Source of the DNA: a virus
Lineage: Duplodnaviria; Caudoviricetes
Strand: one strand, 5' to 3'
Virus record (IMG/VR): IMGVR_UViG_3300032323_001970
Span: 1-54,880 of that record
DNA: 54,880 nt
Shown here: positions 17,601-25,481 of the stretch, piece after piece
Numbering within the stretch: the stretch's first letter is position 1
How the letters are laid out: every line of letters starts with the position of its first letter
Notes under the pieces: generated by a model
Database searches by the model: none
What the model saw: only the letters and a program-made list of their open reading frames with translations
Told to the model about the DNA's origin: nothing
Position numbers and translations under genes: made by a program

Positions 17601-18865
17601 TCCGCGGTATTCGTAGCAACATCGAACGTCGATTGTTGGCAAACGAAGCCAGGGAGCGTGAACAAGTCCAGGCGGTTGCCCCTGTCAACCAAGGCGCCCC
17701 CATGCCGGAAATGAGTGCGGACGAACTTTTGGCGGCTCATGGGGACCGCATGACACAAGAACAGCGCGATTGGCTGAGCGACTTCTCTCGTCGTTGGGAG
17801 GACGACATTGCCAACTTCCAAGAAAATGGCGTTACTCGTCAACCTAGGCTTGAGGCTGAATACAACCAGTGGCTTGCTCAAAACCGCCTGCAGCCTGATC
17901 CGTTAGCCAACTTGTTCGATGACATTGAGCCCGATGATACAGCGGCGGCTAACAACCCGATGCTGCAGTATAACCCTCAAACCAGGGAGTTGGCCCTGCA
18001 ATACAACATCCCGCCAGTGACTGTGCGGGAAATACAGGCAAGATTTAGGGACCCTGAGGTAACTGTCGCCAACCTGAGCATGCTCCGCGACAACGCGCGT
18101 GCCGGGGTTCAGGGCACTATTTTTGAGAATTTGCCGCAAGAAGTCCGTGACGGAGCTGCTCGGATGATCACGGAAGAGATCACCAGGAGGGTGCCAGCTC
18201 GCCAGCAGCCAGTTGAGCCGGCTGCGCAGGTGGCCGAAAGGAATCCGGTACCGCGCAACATTCAGACAATGGCAATTGGGAACCTGGTCAATGACATGAG
18301 CCCGGCCTGGCGGTTCCAAGCGCAAGAACTGGCCGACATGTATTTCAACGACAACTTGATCGACGGCAACAACGTCACCATCGGAGCCCTGACCAGCATG
18401 CTCAGGGACTACCGCGTAGGGCCCCACGCGGATGCTCCAGCAGAAGTGCGTGAACTTGCAGCCCGCAAGTTGGAAGGCCTGCACACAGAAGCTATGCAAA
18501 GCGCCGAGCAACTGGCTGACTCGTTGAACGAAGCGTTTTACGTGGACATGGACCCAGAAGAAGCCGTGGATCAAATAACGCGTGACATCCGCATGATTAG
18601 AGAAAACGGCGAGAACGCGTGGGAAGACTTAGTTGGACCAATGGCCGTAGACTTCCCTTGGAACAGGAATGTTCAGCAGCACCTGATCAGGTATCTTCAA
18701 GAAATTGCCAACAACTACGGAAACCAACGGGAACAGGGATACGCCAAAGGCGGCATGGTCAAGAAGAAACGCAAGGCCAAGAAGGCTAGAGCACCCATGG
18801 TTGTCACTAGGAAGTCCCCAGAGCTCGCCGAGATGCAGTATCGATATGGTGGCATAGTCTGTTGA
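14669..18865 (+). CDS. very large putative internal virion protein
   Basis: 1398 aa ORF, last gene of the structural operon; ends YAKGGMVKKK...YRYGGIVC. Confidence 0.6.
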   Translation: MPYDPQGVFYGSAEDLEALEAKYNKPDLASRIPGQASTSKPEESRSLRDRAASVLVQANPLMMAKSLQDMTRTLVGGAALPVVAPISAGVQALNALPGNIYRRSRGEEEVKTPSAEELMRKYGEAISPQTPAGQNFQEGVAKLMDTLKVPAAWPVTPNVPRRPLVTPTDVRVGAGQVKQLAKELRETPADFRAAQSGLKRQNLYGEDTIGVKAQAAADALGDTLERRRSAGLSAVPGVPQVLTPDTKMYAVRPKGTRMVQPKVPESAGGYAPEFNVLNDLIDNVYGDTPASKMQPETIMLEYSDRYLPPDSEFRQAFTNYERLKAQEMFPDAPTPQDAQRAYEVLYSDRTEKSKKRLADLEEFLTVVIPEYGQTIPTPSEFMRRMAEAERVIKGPFTTYISKNVGAEGDPTVKLARQGITFEDPAVLAEAAQFANADSLAQKRIEAGFPARGSFYKERLAKTGELDRLNDEIQALEDARRPLFDRAHAEGIDPASIPEYAATTNPLRQKLRQREQLQGELENIRLASDVENISDYAVAPRTKKNLLEAIPFTEKQFFPSVSRAGEDETLYIGGMGRLEELGFKKLGKQLVEDILTGKAGDTSKLTIENYMREKGLSRIEAEKAAKLQEQQYRTALQNSLLERIRNDQNVKTFGNAAIITLDSNTPRDVAMRDMSADTVVLDHCVGQCGTAPQGRKNILTGKQQYYEPVIDPITGERSSRAKDDTSYVKQLEYGHQLVSVRDVKTGLPAATLELIPATDGSSSGKFRIGYASGAKNGAIDPAYVPALRDYLNSRAADIYSPGSNLADNAGIFDSTSPAEFKRAAAEAGLTRDQIKATDWGDLPRFVTVDDIKAAAAQIVEPRALAVQQPAQEVAPVTLSTRDYELMRSDFDTAWDNARESALENSAYRRPEAVASGFDRIVADTFRLHLNDQVAFSEEGVTRLRRVERDLTDRAASAYAQQTDLENEIGSALDDFVIDVRGIRSNIERRLLANEAREREQVQAVAPVNQGAPMPEMSADELLAAHGDRMTQEQRDWLSDFSRRWEDDIANFQENGVTRQPRLEAEYNQWLAQNRLQPDPLANLFDDIEPDDTAAANNPMLQYNPQTRELALQYNIPPVTVREIQARFRDPEVTVANLSMLRDNARAGVQGTIFENLPQEVRDGAARMITEEITRRVPARQQPVEPAAQVAERNPVPRNIQTMAIGNLVNDMSPAWRFQAQELADMYFNDNLIDGNNVTIGALTSMLRDYRVGPHADAPAEVRELAARKLEGLHTEAMQSAEQLADSLNEAFYVDMDPEEAVDQITRDIRMIRENGENAWEDLVGPMAVDFPWNRNVQQHLIRYLQEIANNYGNQREQGYAKGGMVKKKRKAKKARAPMVVTRKSPELAEMQYRYGGIVC

Positions 18866-18880
18866 TCCGTGGTCCCCTAT

Positions 18881-19044
18881 CAAATTCCCTATAGATGAGT
18901 TTTTAGGCCAAAACAGAGTGTATCAGTACTCTCTGTTTTGTCTTCGCGGATCCTTATGCTATCGAGCGAACGATAGCTTCTAGAGTTCTTTTTTGTACCA
19001 GTACACTCTGTTTTGGCTCTAAAAACACTCTATAGGATTTTTGG
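18881..19044. repeat. inverted-repeat element A (~50-bp arms, central core)
   Basis: Arms 18881-18929 and 18995-19044 are imperfect reverse complements (CTATAG...GCCAAAACAGAGTGTA); core CGAGCGAACGATAG at 18963-18976; related to 37144-37303. Confidence 0.9.
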
Positions 19045-19087
19045 CTCTTTGGGCTGGTAAAAGTCCTAGCAACTATTTGCAAAAAAC

Positions 19088-19120
19088 TGCGCGCTGCGTG
19101 GTTTTCTGCGCTAGAATGCA
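19088..19120 (+). promoter_or_regulatory. putative early promoter
   Basis: TGCGCG-N18-TAGAAT-GCA; same motif and spacing at 33394-33426. Confidence 0.65.
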
Positions 19121-19173
19121 ACCATGCACAGCAATCCTGCTGGCATAAACAGAAAGAAGAAAGAGAGAAAATC

Positions 19174-20160
19174 ATGGCTCACGAAGTTGAAACGATGGCT
19201 TACGCCAATGAGACCCCTTGGCATGGCCTTGGCACCCCCGTCGCTGACAACCTGACCCCCGCCCAGATGCTTGATGCAGCTGGCCTCAACTGGAAAGTTC
19301 AAAAGAAGGCTCTGGTCGTTGACGACCTTGACCACGTCCTGACCAGCCACTACGCCCTGGTTCGCGACACGGACAGCAAGATCCTGGGCGTCTGCGGCAG
19401 CGAATACACGCCTACGCAAAACAGCGACGTCTTCGAGTTCTTCGAAAAGTTCTGCAAGGCCGGCGACATGAAGATGGAAACCGCCGGTTCCCTTTGCGAA
19501 GGCAAGCGCGTTTGGGGCCTTGCCAAGATCAACGGCGGCTTCATGCTGGGCGGCAAAGACGAAGTCGAGGGCTACATCCTCCTTGACAACCCCCACATCT
19601 GGGGCCGCAGCCTGCAGATCCTGTTCACCCCGATCCGCGTGGTTTGCAACAACACGCTGACGGCCGCTCTTCGGAACAATACGAACAAGGAAAACACTTT
19701 CCGCATGTCGCACGATCGCGCGTTTGACGACGAGATCAAGCAAACGGCAGCAGAAAAAGTCGGCCTTGCCATGAAGTCGCTAGACGTCTTCAAGCAGCAG
19801 GCCGAGTTCCTGTCCAAGAAGAAGGCCACGGACCAAAAGGTCATGGAGTTCTTCAGCAACTTGGTCAATCCCACCCAGTACCAAGCCGCTCTGGTCGATT
19901 CAGAAGCCGGCGAAGTCAACCGCGCAGATCTTGGCCGCACGGTCAACCGCCTGCTCGACATCGTGCACACCCAACCAGGAGCTGATCTGAAGACTTCAGC
20001 CGGAACCTGGTGGGGAGCATTCAACGCCGTGACGTACTACTACGACCACGTCGCCGGAACTGATCAGGACAAGCGTCTGACAAGCGCATGGTTTGGTTCA
20101 GCCGCCACCCGTAAGCGCCAAGCACTTGACCTCGCCGTCGAGTTCGCCGAAGCAGCCTAA
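19174..20160 (+). CDS. DUF932 / TIGR03299-like phage protein
   Basis: MAHEVETMAY..ETPWHGLG, METAGSL..GKRVW, FTPIRVVCNNTL, GTWWGAFNAVT. Confidence 0.85.
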   Translation: MAHEVETMAYANETPWHGLGTPVADNLTPAQMLDAAGLNWKVQKKALVVDDLDHVLTSHYALVRDTDSKILGVCGSEYTPTQNSDVFEFFEKFCKAGDMKMETAGSLCEGKRVWGLAKINGGFMLGGKDEVEGYILLDNPHIWGRSLQILFTPIRVVCNNTLTAALRNNTNKENTFRMSHDRAFDDEIKQTAAEKVGLAMKSLDVFKQQAEFLSKKKATDQKVMEFFSNLVNPTQYQAALVDSEAGEVNRADLGRTVNRLLDIVHTQPGADLKTSAGTWWGAFNAVTYYYDHVAGTDQDKRLTSAWFGSAATRKRQALDLAVEFAEAA

Positions 20161-20164
20161 AACC

Positions 20165-20182
20165 TAGGGGCTTCGGCCCCTA
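20165..20182 (+). terminator. C(UUCG)G hairpin
   Basis: TAGGGGC-TTCG-GCCCCTA; no strong U tract. Confidence 0.5.
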
Positions 20183-20202
20183 CCTTCCCACTCTAGGAGA
20201 AC

Positions 20203-21060
20203 ATGATGGCAAACGCCAGAGGAAAGACCATTGACAACACGCACCTGAGCATTGATCAGGCTGAAGAACGCGGCTTCATTCACCGCGACTACATCGCCCA
20301 CTGCCTTCGCTGGACGCACGTGGCTAAGTGGATGGGCAACCCCAAGAACCGCAAGGACTGCAACCTGCTCGACATCGGCTGCGGCAAAGATGTGCCGCTG
20401 GCCAAGATGCTGATGACCAGCCGCATGGCTTCCGATGGCCTGAACTACATCGGCATTGACTACAACAAGCTCGAAATGCCGAAGGCCTTCGAGAATACCA
20501 AGTTCAAGCCGACCCTGATTGGCAACGTGGCTTTTCCAGATTGCACGCTGCCCGTTGAGAAGTTCAATGTCATCACCTGTTTTGAGGTGCTTGAGCATGT
20601 CGAGCCATTGCATGCCTACAAGATGCTTGAAGGCATCAAGGCGCGCCTTGCAGACGATGGTGTGGCTTTCATCAGTACTCCTGTCTATGACGAAAAGGTT
20701 GGCGCAGCAGACAACCACGTCAACGAGATGAGCTACGGCGCCATGCAGCTGATGCTGCACAAGGTCGGCTTGGAAGTTGACGCCCACTACGGCACTTTTG
20801 CCTCAATCAAAGACTACAAGCAGATGGTCGAAAAGGAAGACATCGATGGAGTGTTCAATCGCCTGCGTGATTACTACGACAGCAACTACTTGGCAACTAT
20901 CTTTGCCCCGCTTTACCCGAGCCGCTCACGCAACGTGCTCTGGCGAGTCAAATTGCCGACTAGTCAAGAGATGTTTGCGCCCGCAAAGTTTGTCGACATC
21001 CCCCACCCGCTCTCAAGCAGCGACGCCTGGCAGCCACTCTTTGACTACCTTGGAGAGTGA
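20203..21060 (+). CDS. class I SAM-dependent methyltransferase
   Basis: LLDIGCG motif I, YIGID, ITCFEVLEHV, FISTP. Confidence 0.85.
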   Translation: MMANARGKTIDNTHLSIDQAEERGFIHRDYIAHCLRWTHVAKWMGNPKNRKDCNLLDIGCGKDVPLAKMLMTSRMASDGLNYIGIDYNKLEMPKAFENTKFKPTLIGNVAFPDCTLPVEKFNVITCFEVLEHVEPLHAYKMLEGIKARLADDGVAFISTPVYDEKVGAADNHVNEMSYGAMQLMLHKVGLEVDAHYGTFASIKDYKQMVEKEDIDGVFNRLRDYYDSNYLATIFAPLYPSRSRNVLWRVKLPTSQEMFAPAKFVDIPHPLSSSDAWQPLFDYLGE

Positions 21061-21452
21061 GCATGGACTTGTTCAACATGGTGGCGGCCTTCCACGAGAA
21101 GTTTGGCCTGGAGCCTACCAACCAGCCTGACTTTCCGATCAAGGAGATCGCCGAGCTCAAGAACGTCCACATGCAAGAAGAGCTCGATGAGATTAAGAAG
21201 GCGCTTGCCGAGGGAAACCTTGAGGAGTATTTCGACGGCCTGATTGATCTGATCTATGTTGCTCTTGGTGCTGCCTATTTAGGCGGCCTTCCATTCAACG
21301 AAGGCTTCAAGCGGGTCCACGAAGCCAACATGAAAAAAGTGCGCGCCTTGAGGCAAGAAGATAGCAAACGAGGTTCGACCTATGATATAGTGAAGCCTCC
21401 AGGATTCGTGGCTCCAACGCTTACGGACCTGATCAGAAAGGAGAAAGAATGA
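21057..21452 (+). CDS. MazG-like / PRA-PH-family NTP pyrophosphohydrolase
   Basis: FHEKFG, QEELDE, DGLIDLIYVALG, VHEANMKK, KPPGF; start may be ATG 21063. Confidence 0.85.
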   Translation: MSMDLFNMVAAFHEKFGLEPTNQPDFPIKEIAELKNVHMQEELDEIKKALAEGNLEEYFDGLIDLIYVALGAAYLGGLPFNEGFKRVHEANMKKVRALRQEDSKRGSTYDIVKPPGFVAPTLTDLIRKEKE

Positions 21453-22441
21453 AAGGACTCATAGTCATTGATGGCTGCGATGGCACAGGCAAGACGACGC
21501 TTGCTCAAGCTATTTGCGACCGCCTTGGTGGTGTCTACATTCACAACACATACCGCTGGCCCAGCAAGATGCCGCTGTACCATACAGCCGCCTTGCATCG
21601 CGCGTTGAAGCTTGCACGCACGCAGCTTGTGGTCATCGATCGTTTGTGGATGAGTGAAGCCATCTACGCTGACGTGTATCGTGGTGGCAGCCCCTGGCCT
21701 CACATGGGTCGCATGATGGATCGCATGATCCGCAAGGTCGGTGGCGTCTACATCTTGGCTCAATCACCAGCCAATCATGCTGAGAAGTTTGAGCAGCTCA
21801 AGAGCGAGCGCGAAGAGATGTATGACAACGTCGATGAAGTGCGCAAGCGCTTTGACGTGTTGTTTGAAGGCGGTTACGCTGGCCACGATCGTGACTACGT
21901 TCAGCAGCTGTCTGTCTTTGGAATGCGCCGTCGAGATGATGTGCTGCCGTATCGCTTTGACGTAGAGGGTCGTGATCTGGATGTCTACATCGGCATGGTG
22001 TACTCTGTCCTTGAATCACGTTGGCAGAAGCAGTACGAGCCGGCCCTGCATCTGCACACGCAAAACTTTGCAGGCCACCTGCATGAAGCCAACATCATCT
22101 TCGTAGGTGACAAGGCCAATAGCAAGATGCGTGCAATCAGCTGGCCTTTCTATGACTTTGGCCATTGCAGCGAATTCTTTGCTGATGTGCTGCATGAGCT
22201 GTTGTTTGATGAGACTAAGGCTGTCTACATCAACGCGCACGATGGCAATGGTCCGTTGTACGTCAACGACTGTTTGCGTGCTAAGCCTTACATGAAGGTT
22301 GTTTGCCTTGGCAATGACGCTTACAACACCATGACTCAGTTTACGCGTCGTATTTACAAAGTCATGCACCCATCATTTGCAAAGCGCTTCAACAAGCGCA
22401 ATGAGTTCAAGCAAGAACTTCAGGAGATTCTCAATGGTTAA
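21449..22441 (+). CDS. dNMP (thymidylate-like) kinase fused to UDG-like domain
   Basis: N-terminal IVIDGCDGTGKTT P-loop and IDRLWMSE..Y; C-terminal IIFVGDKAN, VVCLGNDA, HPSF. Confidence 0.75.
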   Translation: MKGLIVIDGCDGTGKTTLAQAICDRLGGVYIHNTYRWPSKMPLYHTAALHRALKLARTQLVVIDRLWMSEAIYADVYRGGSPWPHMGRMMDRMIRKVGGVYILAQSPANHAEKFEQLKSEREEMYDNVDEVRKRFDVLFEGGYAGHDRDYVQQLSVFGMRRRDDVLPYRFDVEGRDLDVYIGMVYSVLESRWQKQYEPALHLHTQNFAGHLHEANIIFVGDKANSKMRAISWPFYDFGHCSEFFADVLHELLFDETKAVYINAHDGNGPLYVNDCLRAKPYMKVVCLGNDAYNTMTQFTRRIYKVMHPSFAKRFNKRNEFKQELQEILNG

Positions 22442-23228
22442 CACTACCAACATGAACTGGCAAGGCCTGCTTGACGTCATTAGCCAGCATGGTCAGTTGA
22501 CGAGCCCAAGAGGCAAGAAGACAAAAGAGCTGCTTGGTTTTAAGTCGATGATCGACATGAACCAGCCTGTCATCACTATCAAGGAGCGCAATCTTGGCTA
22601 CAAGTTCATGGCAGCTGAAGCAGCTTGGATCATGTCAGGTGATAACCGCGTCAGCACCATCGCCCCTTTTAGTAAGGCGATCAGCAACTTCTCTGACGAC
22701 GGCATTCTTTTCTTTGGAGCCTATGGTCCACGCATTCGCGACCAGCTGGGCCACGTGGTGCAGTCCTTACTTGCAGATCAAGATTCACGTCAGGCGGTCA
22801 TCACCATCTGGCGTCCAAACCCTCGAGCTTCTAAAGACATCCCTTGCACCATCAGTTGCCAGTTTGTCATTCGCAATGACCTGATCCATTGCTTCATGAA
22901 CATGCGTTCGTCTGATGCTTGGCTTGGTGTGCCGTATGACTGGTTCAACTTCAGCATGCTGTCGGCGGGTGTTGCCTTGTTGCTGCGTCAGAAGGGCCTG
23001 AACGTCAAACTTGGAGCCTTGCATTTTTATGCTGCAAGCCAGCACCTCTATGAGGACAACTGGCACAAGGTCGATGCGTGTTTGACAGGCGAGATTCTTG
23101 GCGACTATGCCCCCATCAATCTTGACTACTTCAACGACTACGACCACCTTGTCAATCATCTTTGGACGTTGGCTCATGGTCATGTGCACAACGGATTTTT
23201 GAAAGAAGCTTCATCATGGAAAGGCTAA
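22434..23228 (+). CDS. thymidylate synthase superfamily enzyme, probable dCMP (hydroxy)methylase
   Basis: SRQAVITIW, DIPC catalytic Cys, MRSSDAWLGVPYD (Asp at the E. coli Asn177-equivalent site), SQHLY. Confidence 0.8.
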   Translation: MVNTTNMNWQGLLDVISQHGQLTSPRGKKTKELLGFKSMIDMNQPVITIKERNLGYKFMAAEAAWIMSGDNRVSTIAPFSKAISNFSDDGILFFGAYGPRIRDQLGHVVQSLLADQDSRQAVITIWRPNPRASKDIPCTISCQFVIRNDLIHCFMNMRSSDAWLGVPYDWFNFSMLSAGVALLLRQKGLNVKLGALHFYAASQHLYEDNWHKVDACLTGEILGDYAPINLDYFNDYDHLVNHLWTLAHGHVHNGFLKEASSWKG

Positions 23229-23722
23229 GCAAAGATGAATACTTTTCGGAATTGGCTCTACTCGTTGCTCGGCGAAGTACTTGCGCTCGGAGGAGTGTGG
23301 GCTGCGTTCTCGTATCTCATCGTGGGCATATTCTCGGTACTGGTTATAACGGGGTGCCTCGTGGTCATACTCACTGCACTGACGTTCGCTGTCCCGGTGC
23401 TGCTTTGCCTTCGGGGACTGGCCTGGATGTATGTGAAGCTATTCATGCGGAACAAAACGCGCTCCTCCAGTGTAAGGACGTTGAGCAAATAGAAACGGCC
23501 TACGTGACTGCTATGCCCTGCATGACTTGCACAAAGCTTTTGCTGAACACAAGCTGCAGGCGCATCGTGTACGTTGAGCCGTACCCTCATGACGCCGCAA
23601 AACAACTATGGACAAAACATGGACGCATCATCGTATCAACCGCCGAAGCACTTTCCAAACCTGCTGCTCGCGAAACGTATAGCTATCGATTGCGAGACTC
23701 GCGACCCGAACTTAATGACTAA
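23216..23722 (+). CDS. dCMP deaminase (ComEB-like)
   Basis: RSTC.RR.VG, TGYNG, HAEQNA, PCMTC. Confidence 0.9.
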   Translation: MERLSKDEYFSELALLVARRSTCARRSVGCVLVSHRGHILGTGYNGVPRGHTHCTDVRCPGAALPSGTGLDVCEAIHAEQNALLQCKDVEQIETAYVTAMPCMTCTKLLLNTSCRRIVYVEPYPHDAAKQLWTKHGRIIVSTAEALSKPAARETYSYRLRDSRPELND

Positions 23723-25481
23723 GGGACCGGGTGGCGTACGCAAGGATGGCTACATCGTTGGCTTTTCCGTTGCGACAGATGATGGCTTTGCCGAATACTA
23801 TCCGGTGCGTCATGCAGCTGGCGGGAATCTGAATCCTGACAACGCGTTTGCTTGGCTTCGCGACATGCTGAAGACAGACATTCCAAAGATCGGTGCCAAC
23901 CTGCCGTACGACCTCGAGTGGCTGCTGACAGAGGGCGTGAAGGTCGGAGGCCCTAAGTACGACGTACAAATCGCCGAACCTTTGCTGGATGAAGACCGCA
24001 TCACCTACAGGCTTGATGCCTTGGCAGAAGCTTATCTTGGCGAGCATAAGGACGAGACCGAGCTGATTGCTGCAGCAGTTCGCCGCGGTATCCATCCAAG
24101 CAAGGTCAAAGAAAGCCTCTGGCAGTTTCACGCAGGTGAAGTGGCGCCCTACGGACGCAAGGACGCAGACCTACCAATCCGCATCTTTGCCCAACAAGAG
24201 GTGTTGCTGCACGACGAGAAGTTGTGGGAAGTCTTCGACATCGAGACGCAGCTGGTTGACGTGCTGGTCGCCATGCGCCAAAAGGGGGTTCCTGTGGACC
24301 TTGATCGCGCCCACAAGGTCAAGACTCAACTACTTGATGAGCAAAGCCAGCTGATGGAGCGCCTGAAGAAGGTTGCTGAGCGGGATGTAGACATCTGGTC
24401 TGGTGATGATATACAGGCAGCCAGTGATGCACTGAAGCTGGATTACCCAAAGACTGAAAAGGGGAATGCTAGTTTTCCCAGTGAGTTTCTTGAAGCTAGT
24501 GAGCATGAGTTTTTCTCCTTGATTTCTAAGGTCCGGAAGCTCGACCGGGCCGGTGGAGTATTTATCGACAGCAAGATCATTCAGATGGAAAAAGATGGCA
24601 AGATTTATCCGACGTTCAGGCAGGTCAGAGACGACCGAGGAGGCACAAAGTCGGGGCGTTTTGCGTCGGCTAACCCGAACATGCAACAGGTACCAGCTCG
24701 AGATCCGGTGCTGGCGCCTCTTATCAGAAGCATCTTTGTACCCGAAGAAGGTTGCCAATGGGGTGTCTTCGACTACTCCCAACAGGAGCCTCGCGTCACG
24801 GTTCACTACAGCTATCTACGGGGCTTCCCTGGAGCTGAGACTGCGCGCAATCGGTATCTGGACGACCCTGATACTGACTACCATCAGCTGGTTGCAGACA
24901 TGGCTGGAATCAGTCGAAAAAATGCGAAGGTCTTGAATCTGGGTTTGGCCTACGGTATGGGGGCTGCTAAGGCAGCGACTCAACTGGGCTTGCCACCAGC
25001 AGAAGCCAAGCGTGTCTACGAGCAGTATCACGCCAACGTGCCATTCATCAAGGCACTCGGTGAGGAATGCACACGGATCGCAACCAACAGGGGCTATGTC
25101 AAGACGTTCTTGGGTCGCCGCCGCAGGTTCCAGTTGTTTGGGCCACCCAAGTACAGCCCTGGCCTGATTCCGTTGAAGAAAGATCTGGCTGAAGAAAAGT
25201 ATGGGCTCCCATTAAAGCGTTACTTCGTCCACAAGGCGATGAATGCGGTGATCCAGGGGTCATCGGCAGACATGATCAAGCTTGCGATGATCAATCTGTT
25301 CAAAAAAGGCGAAGTTCCTCATCTGACTATTCATGATGAATTGGACTTCAGTGTTCGTGACTTGGATCATGCGCGCATGATTCGACAGGAGATGTTGACA
25401 TGCGTGGACTTGGTAGTGCCATTAAAAGTCGATTGCGAGCTTGGGCCCAATTGGGGAGAAGCGGTGGAGGTGAAGCTATGA
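23619..25481 (+). CDS. polA: DNA polymerase family A with 3'-5' exonuclease
   Basis: IDCET exonuclease motif, SGRFAS.NPNMQQVP, DYSQQEPR, KVLNLGLAYGMG, IQGSSAD, TIHDEL. Confidence 0.95.
   Translation: MDASSYQPPKHFPNLLLAKRIAIDCETRDPNLMTKGPGGVRKDGYIVGFSVATDDGFAEYYPVRHAAGGNLNPDNAFAWLRDMLKTDIPKIGANLPYDLEWLLTEGVKVGGPKYDVQIAEPLLDEDRITYRLDALAEAYLGEHKDETELIAAAVRRGIHPSKVKESLWQFHAGEVAPYGRKDADLPIRIFAQQEVLLHDEKLWEVFDIETQLVDVLVAMRQKGVPVDLDRAHKVKTQLLDEQSQLMERLKKVAERDVDIWSGDDIQAASDALKLDYPKTEKGNASFPSEFLEASEHEFFSLISKVRKLDRAGGVFIDSKIIQMEKDGKIYPTFRQVRDDRGGTKSGRFASANPNMQQVPARDPVLAPLIRSIFVPEEGCQWGVFDYSQQEPRVTVHYSYLRGFPGAETARNRYLDDPDTDYHQLVADMAGISRKNAKVLNLGLAYGMGAAKAATQLGLPPAEAKRVYEQYHANVPFIKALGEECTRIATNRGYVKTFLGRRRRFQLFGPPKYSPGLIPLKKDLAEEKYGLPLKRYFVHKAMNAVIQGSSADMIKLAMINLFKKGEVPHLTIHDELDFSVRDLDHARMIRQEMLTCVDLVVPLKVDCELGPNWGEAVEVKL

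Noticed and set aside
19008-19026. Arm sequence GTTTTTAGAGCCAAAACAG (minus strand) resembles the start of type II CRISPR repeats (GTTTTAGAGC)
   Set aside because: Copies are inverted pairs 18 kb apart, not a direct repeat-spacer array; no cas genes; the match is short
18881-19044. Elements A/B as MITEs or IS ends
   Set aside because: No target-site duplications or transposase seen; their exact module-boundary positions argue for a phage function, though a MITE origin is not fully excluded
20203-21060. Methyltransferase as an ordinary anti-restriction DNA MTase
   Set aside because: Lacks (D/N/S)PPY or PC catalytic motifs; the FEVLEH pattern is that of small-molecule class I methyltransferases
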